This document shows, in pieces, positions 26,400 to 32,396 of a stretch of DNA of 32,396 nt. The stretch is from positions 1-32,396 of the forward strand of contig CAYMUZ010000168.1 of NCBI GenBank assembly GCA_964393875.1. Reading direction: 5' to 3'. Both the position numbers and the translations under genes were made by a program. This DNA comes from an uncultured bacterium. GTDB taxonomy: Bacteria; Omnitrophota; Omnitrophia; Omnitrophales; Aquincolibacteriaceae. The notes below the pieces were generated by a model. The model saw only the letters and a list, made by a program, of their open reading frames with translations. It made no database searches and was not told where the DNA came from. Each line of letters opens with the position of its first letter. Positions within the stretch are counted from its first letter, which is position 1.

Positions 26400-26960
26400 A
26401 TGAAAATAAAACGTATTTTTGTTTTAGGGTTGGCACTACTGGGGATTGGGACAAAGTCCCTCATGGCCGGTGATGCGCAGGGGCTTTACGACTTTACCGT
26501 CAAGACGATTGATGGAAAAGAAAAGTCGCTTTCTGATTTTAAAGGCAAGACCCTTTTGATCGTCAATACAGCCTCGAAGTGTGGATTTACCCCGCAGTAT
26601 CAGGACCTCGAGGCCCTTTATGAAAAGTATCGGGGCCGTGGATTGGAGATTCTGGCTTTTCCAGCCAATAATTTTATGCATCAGGAACCGGGGTCCGACA
26701 GTGAAATTGAAAAATTCTGCACGCTGCGCTTTCATATCAAATTCCTCTTGTTTTCAAAAATCAGTGTTCGCGGCAAAGATATTCACCCTCTATTTTCCTA
26801 TCTCACGTCACAGCCTGGGGTTAAGGGGGGTATTAAGTGGAATTTTACGAAGTTCCTCGTGGCTCCGGACGGGAAGATCACGGCACGTTTCGGTTCGCGG
26901 GTCAAACCGACAGCTCCGGAGGTGGTGATGGCATTGGAAAAAGCGCTGCCACTCGTGTAG
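26400..26960 (+). CDS. glutathione peroxidase (Cys-type, secreted/periplasmic)
   Basis: Signal peptide, then LLIVNTASKCGFTPQY (active-site Cys), LEILAFPANNF, and IKWNFTKFLV (the WNF motif). Confidence 0.92.
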   Translation: MKIKRIFVLGLALLGIGTKSLMAGDAQGLYDFTVKTIDGKEKSLSDFKGKTLLIVNTASKCGFTPQYQDLEALYEKYRGRGLEILAFPANNFMHQEPGSDSEIEKFCTLRFHIKFLLFSKISVRGKDIHPLFSYLTSQPGVKGGIKWNFTKFLVAPDGKITARFGSRVKPTAPEVVMALEKALPLV

Positions 26961-26997
26961 TCTTTAGGCAGAGGGCAGTCACAAGGAGAAAAGCTCT

Positions 26998-27378
26998 GTG
27001 GAGAATCGCAAAAATATTTTGATTCTGGATGACGAAGAAGGAATTCGCACTTTTATTGCGGATGTTCTGTCTGCAAGGGGGTTTCAGATTTTTATGGCCG
27101 CTGATGGGGAAGAAGGTCTGCGGATGCTTGAACGCCAGCACCTGGATCTTATCCTGATGGATATTAATATGCCGAACATGGGTGGGCTTTCGTTCTATCA
27201 TCGGCTCTCGTCTGTTTACGACAAAAGCCGGCATATTTCGGTCATTGTGATGACGGGCGAGGCCGGCATGAAAGATGTGTTTGAAGGCTTAAAGATCTCT
27301 GCGATTTTGGAAAAGCCTTTCAAGATTGCCGAGCTTGTTTCTGCGGTTGAACGAGCCCTGGTGCCTCCGGCTGCGTAA
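26998..27378 (+). CDS. single-domain (CheY-like) response regulator
   Basis: GTG start follows AAGGAG. Contains ILILDDEEG, LILMDINMPNMGG (phospho-acceptor Asp), VIVMTG and EKPF. No output domain and no adjacent kinase. Confidence 0.88.
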   Translation: MENRKNILILDDEEGIRTFIADVLSARGFQIFMAADGEEGLRMLERQHLDLILMDINMPNMGGLSFYHRLSSVYDKSRHISVIVMTGEAGMKDVFEGLKISAILEKPFKIAELVSAVERALVPPAA

Positions 27379-27415
27379 CTTGGCTGCCACATTCCTTCCC
27401 GCTATAGGTTTTGAG

Positions 27416-27823
27416 ATGCCCTTTAAAATTCGAGATTATGAAACAGCGATTTTTAGGTTGTCAGCAATGGCGATTGCCGCTGTTTTTTTGATGATTCATC
27501 CCTCGGTGTCTATCGTGGCACACTGGTTTCCCGGCAAAACAAATCACCTTTGGTGTTATCCCGCCGAACTTTTCACCTTCGGCCTCCTCACATGGATCCT
27601 TTACCGGCTCAGCCTGCCGGCGCTTATTGCCCGCGGCATTTTTGAAGACCGACGACTGGGGGTGCGGCAGGTGCCTGTGGGAAAATTCCAAAAAAGGTGG
27701 CGCTGGTGGCTGCCCGTTTTGAGATTGACATTCCAAACGTTTTTTTTGGCGGCTTTTTGTGCGGGGGTGCTGGCCTGGATGCAGAGCGGAATATTTCGAA
27801 CCTGGCTGCTGAATGTTCCTTAG
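27416..27823 (+). CDS. hypothetical membrane protein
   Basis: An in-frame ATG at 27416 lies after the receiver-gene stop. Hydrophobic helices are visible (AMAIAAVFLMI, FTFGLLTWILY, FFLAAFCAGVLAW). No family recognised. Confidence 0.45.
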   Translation: MPFKIRDYETAIFRLSAMAIAAVFLMIHPSVSIVAHWFPGKTNHLWCYPAELFTFGLLTWILYRLSLPALIARGIFEDRRLGVRQVPVGKFQKRWRWWLPVLRLTFQTFFLAAFCAGVLAWMQSGIFRTWLLNVP

Positions 27824-27827
27824 GCTC

Positions 27828-29462
27828 TCAAACCTCGACAAGAATGTTGCGGTAGAGAGCTTCGCGTTTGGAGCGGATTTCAGGGTCAGCCAGGTAGTCG
27901 TCGAAGGTGGTGTGCTGGCGGTCGATGGAACCGAGAGGTGTCAATTCGACGATCCGATTTGCCGTGGTTTGCACAAATTGCCTGTCGTGGGACGCGAAAA
28001 GAAGGGTGCCGTCAAAGTTCGTGAGTGCTGTGTTGAGTGCAGTGATCGATTCCAGATCCAGATGATTCGTGGGCTCATCCAAAATCAGTACATTTCCGGC
28101 TGCGAGCATCATGCGGGAGAGCATGCAACGCACTTTTTCACCCCCCGAAAGCACGCAGGCTTTTTTCAATGATTCTTCTCCTGAAAAAAGCATTCGCCCC
28201 AGAAAACCCCGCATAAAATTTTCGTCCGTCTCCTTCGAGAACTGGCGCAGCCAGTCGACCAGCGACAGATCGGTTTCGAAGAATTTATTATGGGATTTTT
28301 GAAAGTACGCGCGCAGGGTAGAGGCGCCCCATTTATAACTGCCGGTGTCGGGTTTAACTTCCTCCGTGAGAATTTGAAAGAGTGTCGTTTTTACCAGATC
28401 GAGTGGCCCCACAAAAGCAATTTTGTCTCCCTTTTCAACCCGTAAATTAAAATTGTCAAACATGCGTTTGCCGTTGAGGGACTTTCCGAGGTGCTCAATG
28501 TCCAGCAGGTCATTGCCGGCCTCGCGCTGGGCTTTAAACAGAATGGATGGGTAGCGCCGCGACGAAGGTTTGATGTCTTCCACCGTCAATTTCTCAAGCA
28601 ATTTTTTGCGGCTGGTGGCCTGGCGTGATTTCGAAGCGTTGGCGCTGAAGCGTGAGATGAAGGCTTGAAGCTCTTTGCGTTTTTCCTCAATTTTTTTATT
28701 GGAATCTGATTTTTGACTGAGGGCGAGTTGGCTGGACTCATACCAAAAGGTGTAATTTCCAGGGTAGAGTTGAAGTTTTCCAAAATCAATGTCTGCGACA
28801 TGGGTGCAGATTTTATCTAGAAAATGGCGGTCATGCGAAACGACGATGGCTGTGTTTTTGAAATTATACAAAAATTCTTCGAGCCACTGGCAGGCATCCA
28901 GATCCAGCTGGTTGGTCGGTTCGTCCAACAGCAAAAAATCAGGATTGCCAAAGAGTGCCTGGGCGAGCAGAACACGTACTTTTTGGCTGGCTTTAAGCTG
29001 CTTCATGGGCAGTGAAAGAAGGGCGTCTTTAATTCCGAGATCGTTTAAAAGTTTAGCGGCCTCACTCTCGGCCTCATACCCCCCCATCTCGGCGAATTGT
29101 GACTCCAACTCTGACGCGCGCAAGCCGTCGGCCTCACTGAAATCAGGTTTCGCATAGATCGCCTCTTTTTCGCGCATAATTTCGTACAGGCGTTTGTGCC
29201 CCATGATGACGGTGGCGAGTACGTCGTACTCGTCGTAGGCAAACTGATCCTGCCGGAGCACGGAGATTCGTGAACCTCCAGGTACCGATACGACCCCTGC
29301 GGTGGAGTCGAGCTCGCCGGAGAGAATCTTGATGAAGGTGGATTTGCCAGAGCCGTTGGCGCCGATGATGCCGTAGCAGTTTCCCGGTGAGAAAGAGAGA
29401 TTTACATTCTCAAATAAAACACGCTTGCCATACTGTAGGCTCACGCCGCTGACGGTCATCAT
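27828..29462 (-). CDS. ybiT: ABC-F family ATPase, YbiT-like (tandem ABC domains, no TM domain)
   Basis: Colinear with E. coli YbiT as I remember it: GANGSGKST, RQDQFAYDEYDVLATVIMGHK, LLLDEPTNQLD, SHDRHFLDKICTHVADIDFGKLQLYPGNY, SRFSANASKSRQATSR, LSGGEKVR, LILDEPTNHLD. Confidence 0.93.
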   Translation of the reverse strand: MMTVSGVSLQYGKRVLFENVNLSFSPGNCYGIIGANGSGKSTFIKILSGELDSTAGVVSVPGGSRISVLRQDQFAYDEYDVLATVIMGHKRLYEIMREKEAIYAKPDFSEADGLRASELESQFAEMGGYEAESEAAKLLNDLGIKDALLSLPMKQLKASQKVRVLLAQALFGNPDFLLLDEPTNQLDLDACQWLEEFLYNFKNTAIVVSHDRHFLDKICTHVADIDFGKLQLYPGNYTFWYESSQLALSQKSDSNKKIEEKRKELQAFISRFSANASKSRQATSRKKLLEKLTVEDIKPSSRRYPSILFKAQREAGNDLLDIEHLGKSLNGKRMFDNFNLRVEKGDKIAFVGPLDLVKTTLFQILTEEVKPDTGSYKWGASTLRAYFQKSHNKFFETDLSLVDWLRQFSKETDENFMRGFLGRMLFSGEESLKKACVLSGGEKVRCMLSRMMLAAGNVLILDEPTNHLDLESITALNTALTNFDGTLLFASHDRQFVQTTANRIVELTPLGSIDRQHTTFDDYLADPEIRSKREALYRNILVEV

Positions 29463-29547
29463 GATGGAGTGCCTCTAGAAGAGGGGTCGAAAAGCATGCC
29501 GGGGATTGTATCCGTAGAGTGTCTGGCGGGCAAGCTGAAACTATCTG

Positions 29548-30891
29548 CTAAGACCGATCAAGCACGCAGAGCGCCTCAAAATGCGGGGTGCGTGGAAAAA
29601 AGTTGTAAAGTTTGAGACAGCGGGGTGTGTAGGCGGTCGAAAGTCTCGCAAGATCCCTCGCCTGGGTCGCGACGTCGCAGGAAAGATAGAGAATTCTCTC
29701 GGGTTTTGCGCTCAACAAAGCAGAGATCAATTCCGGCTCAAGGCCGGCACGCGGAGGATCTAAAATGACAAAATGTTCCTTCGTCAGCAGGCCCGCCGCT
29801 GCGGCGGCCGGCTGACGAAGCACGCTGCAGCGGCCGGCAAGATGATTGTCCTCAATGTTTTTCAGTGCAAAATGGGCGGCTTCGGGGTGAGACTCGACGA
29901 GCACGGCTTCCTTGAGGGAGTCTGCCAGCGCCAGGCTGATCGCGCCGGTGCCTGCGTAATAATCAATCACCGTTTTTTGCGGATCCAGAAACAGACGTAT
30001 CTCATTGAGTGCTAACTCGAAGAGTGGCAGGTGGATCTGGAAAAAGCTGTGAATGCCCGCGCTTAGCGTTTTGCCGCAGACGGTGTATGACAAAAAGTCA
30101 TCGCCGTCACCGCTCAGGCGCGTGGGAGATAAAGCGAGCGACGAATAGCCGGCCTGAAATAGATGCCAGCCGCGGCAGTGCGCCGGCAGCCGGCCTGTGA
30201 GGTCGAGTGTGACGGGTTTGCGTACAAAGAGTGCCGCCAAAGTATCGCCGCGGCCATTGGTTTTTACCACGAGCCGATCCAAAATTTGCACCGGAATTTG
30301 CGCCTCTTCGAGGGCCTGGCGAAAGGCCACGGCTGTTTCGTTGAGAGGCGGTTGCGCCAGGGCGCAGGTGTCGATGGGGATCCATTCATGCGATCGCCGC
30401 CCGCTGACGGCTAGCGAAAGTTTGCGCGAGCCATCCACAGCTCCGACTTCACTGAAATGATACTCAATTTTATTGCGATAGCCGCTGGGGGCTTGGTTTT
30501 CAGCGATGATTTCAATCGGCGCTGGCAGCGAGGGAAGTCGCGCGCGTTCAAAAGATTCCCTGGCGATTTCACACTTCCATCGGTTTTCAGCCTCCCATGA
30601 CAAAATCTGCCAAGGCGAGCAGGATAGAAAGTGAGATTCATGGGCCACGACGCGATCCGCCGACGGTGTCAAAATAGTGCAGGCTGTTGCCTGCAGGTAA
30701 CTTGCTTTTTCCTCCAGCACCATGGCTTCCACGGTTTCTCCGGGGAGGGCATTCCAAAGCAGGCAGATTTTGCCGTCAGAGCGAGCCAGTGCCTGGCCGC
30801 CCTGAATAAGCTTTTCGGCCAGTACGGTGATTTTGCTCTCGGCGCGCGCAGGTCTCGATTTTTTTCTCTTGAAAGGTTTGTGCTCTTTCAC
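29548..30891 (-). CDS. 23S rRNA (uracil-5-)-methyltransferase, RlmD/RumA (TrmA) family
   Basis: N-terminal TRAM-like segment (GGQALARSDGKICLLWNALPGETVEAMVLEE). SAM motif VIDYYAGTGAISL, ILDPPRAGL, catalytic region ILYLSCDVATQARDL, and FFPRTPHFEALCVL. Confidence 0.9.
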   Translation of the reverse strand: MKEHKPFKRKKSRPARAESKITVLAEKLIQGGQALARSDGKICLLWNALPGETVEAMVLEEKASYLQATACTILTPSADRVVAHESHFLSCSPWQILSWEAENRWKCEIARESFERARLPSLPAPIEIIAENQAPSGYRNKIEYHFSEVGAVDGSRKLSLAVSGRRSHEWIPIDTCALAQPPLNETAVAFRQALEEAQIPVQILDRLVVKTNGRGDTLAALFVRKPVTLDLTGRLPAHCRGWHLFQAGYSSLALSPTRLSGDGDDFLSYTVCGKTLSAGIHSFFQIHLPLFELALNEIRLFLDPQKTVIDYYAGTGAISLALADSLKEAVLVESHPEAAHFALKNIEDNHLAGRCSVLRQPAAAAAGLLTKEHFVILDPPRAGLEPELISALLSAKPERILYLSCDVATQARDLARLSTAYTPRCLKLYNFFPRTPHFEALCVLDRS

Positions 30892-30978
30892 CGGGGTACT
30901 TTTCTGTTATAATTCAAAAACTGTTTTCATTGTAGAAATCCTTAGGCGATTTGTAAACGCCTTAATCGGTGAGTGATT

Positions 30979-31728
30979 ATGAACCCAAAAAAAATTGTCA
31001 TCGTTTCCGTTCTTTTTCTTGGCGTTGTCTTTTTTCCTGACCTCAGCGTGAGAGCCGCTCCGCCGGCCGTCTTCGGAGATGTCGAGCAGGCGCTGAAACT
31101 TGCTGAAGCGGGTAAAGATAAGGAAGCGCTTGACCTGCTTGCGGCAGCCATTCAAAAGAACCCCGCACAGCCGGCGCCCTATTTTCACCGTGGGATGATT
31201 TTGCTTCACACCGAAGAGCTCGATCGGGCTCTCAGCAATTTCAACAAAGCCATTGAGTTAAATTCAAAGTTTGCTCAGGCCTATGTCGGCCGTGCGATGG
31301 TGTATTTTTTCAAACACGACCTCGACGCCGTCCTCAAAGAACTGGATCAGGCGATTGACCTAGATGCCTCTTTGGGGGTGGCCTATTACAACCGGGGGGT
31401 TGCCAAGTCGTATCAGGAAAAATTCGGCAGTGCTTTTGACGATCTTACCAAAGCAAAGACGCTCGGCCATCCGGTGGAGGAGGAACTTCTTGGACAGGTT
31501 TGGGGTATGGCCCATCCCGACGATGTGATCCGTAAAACGGAGGAGAGTATTAAAGCAGATCCAAAAAAGGGCGCGGCTTACTACAACCGCGCAGTGGCTC
31601 GTTACGCTAAAAAGGACTTTTCAGGAACCCTTGACGATTTGAAGAAGGCCAAAGCTCTGGGTGTGACTCAGGTGGATGATTTCATTCAAGCCGCAGAGCG
31701 CGAGCTGGACAAGCAGAAAACCCAATGA
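30979..31728 (+). CDS. secreted TPR-repeat protein
   Basis: Signal peptide IVIVSVLFLGVVFF...VRA. Repeated TPR signatures follow (APYFHRGMILL, AQAYVGRAMVYF, GVAYYNRGVAK, AAYYNRAVARY). ATG 30979; GTG 30973 is an alternative. Confidence 0.85.
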   Translation: MNPKKIVIVSVLFLGVVFFPDLSVRAAPPAVFGDVEQALKLAEAGKDKEALDLLAAAIQKNPAQPAPYFHRGMILLHTEELDRALSNFNKAIELNSKFAQAYVGRAMVYFFKHDLDAVLKELDQAIDLDASLGVAYYNRGVAKSYQEKFGSAFDDLTKAKTLGHPVEEELLGQVWGMAHPDDVIRKTEESIKADPKKGAAYYNRAVARYAKKDFSGTLDDLKKAKALGVTQVDDFIQAAERELDKQKTQ

Positions 31729-31742
31729 GTGAGAATGCTTGT

Positions 31743-32396
31743 ATGAAAAATTTTCGAGAAACGGTCTGTCGGTTTCTTTTCCTGATGGCTGTTGCCGCAA
31801 TGGGCTTAGCGGCGAGTGCCCGAGCGGAAGAGTCTCTTGAACTGAGGACTTTTGAAATTCACGGAACCGCGGTGTCCTCCTATTTTTTTGACAATGGGAA
31901 AATTAAAGAAACTGAGAGCGGGGATCAGGTTGTTTATTTTGTCGATCTGCCCCAAAAAAAAGTGACGCGTACCGCTGTTTATTACGCGCCGCGTAAGAAA
32001 AACGATGAAAACTCCCAAGTGGTTCAAGGATTGCAGGCTGACTCCACGGCATACGCGGTGGTTTATTACAAAAATGATTTCATGAAGAAACAATTGATTA
32101 TCAAAGCGATTGGCCAGACTCAGAACGAAGATGGGTTTGAAACTCTTGTGATTGGCGAAGATTTTGTGACCTCCTGCGTTTCTAACAAGGGTTTTTTTAC
32201 ATTGACTCAGTTCGAGAGAACCGATGGCGATGCCCGGGCCTTTCGTGCGCGCCGCGCACCGAAGCCGGAAAAAACGGCGGCCGTTTCGCACCCTTTTGCA
32301 CAGAACGTCCCAGAATCAGATACGGCGGCGGGGTGGATGAAAGCCCGTATGGACAAGTTTAAGAAATGGCGTACAGAAAAAGTGGGCAGTGACGAC
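31743..32396 (+). CDS. secreted hypothetical protein, 3'-truncated by the window end
   Basis: ATG 31743 opens a frame that stays open for 218 codons to the last base of the window, so it is absent from the stop-delimited ORF track. It has a clear signal peptide, MKNFRETVCRFLFLMAVAAMGLAASARA. The 161-aa minus-strand ORF 31806-32291 is its shadow. Confidence 0.6.
   Translation, partial: MKNFRETVCRFLFLMAVAAMGLAASARAEESLELRTFEIHGTAVSSYFFDNGKIKETESGDQVVYFVDLPQKKVTRTAVYYAPRKKNDENSQVVQGLQADSTAYAVVYYKNDFMKKQLIIKAIGQTQNEDGFETLVIGEDFVTSCVSNKGFFTLTQFERTDGDARAFRARRAPKPEKTAAVSHPFAQNVPESDTAAGWMKARMDKFKKWRTEKVGSDD

Noticed and set aside
26361-26701. 12-nt repeat ggggtccgacag at about 26360 and about 26690
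   Set aside because: Exact 12-mer repeats are expected by chance many times in a 32-kb window, and there is no flanking similarity.
31806-32291. 161-aa minus-strand ORF at the 3' end of the window
   Set aside because: The opposite strand carries a longer frame (31743 to the window end) that is open throughout and has a convincing signal peptide. The minus ORF lacks any motif.

Overview
This 32.4 kb window is a chromosomal-looking bacterial segment. It is densely packed, mostly on the + strand, with many TTG/GTG starts and many 1-4 nt start/stop overlaps. All calls come from reading the ORF translations and the DNA by eye; no searches were run, and start codons are the least certain part.

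Gene content in order:
- A coiled-coil/zinc-ribbon protein of the COG1579 type.
- A short dcw cluster, mraZ - STAS gene - rsmH - ftsL - ftsI. It ends abruptly against a convergent gshB.
- A divergent gshB/gshA pair (glutathione synthesis).
- tRNA-Pro(CGG), followed by a duplicated copy of its own 3' end.
- A hypothetical gene, an RRM-type RNA-binding protein, an alpha/beta hydrolase and an ArfB-like GGQ protein.
- A colinear metal-type sensing/efflux locus: secreted Cys-rich protein, OmpR-type regulator, CusS/CzcS-type kinase, TolC/CzcC-like outer membrane factor, an unusually short 160-aa adaptor, and a CzcA/CusA-family RND pump.
- A candidate c-di-GMP-I riboswitch in front of a PilZ-domain gene.
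- A translationally coupled trmH-like - pif1-like - metallophosphoesterase - ligA operon.
- xerD, a SAM methyltransferase, a membrane protein, glutathione peroxidase, an orphan receiver domain and another membrane protein.
- On the minus strand, a YbiT-like ABC-F ATPase and an RlmD/RumA-family methyltransferase.
- A TPR protein and a partial secreted protein that runs off the 3' end of the window.

No rRNA, CRISPR array, transposase or phage-type integrase was seen.

The most interesting items are:
- the GEMM-I-like riboswitch paired with the PilZ gene;
- the RND locus with an adaptor that seems to keep only the membrane-proximal domain, headed by a secreted protein with a tandem CX3CX6CX5CX3CX9C repeat;
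- the 40-bp duplication of the tRNA-Pro 3' end;
- a STAS gene embedded between mraZ and rsmH.
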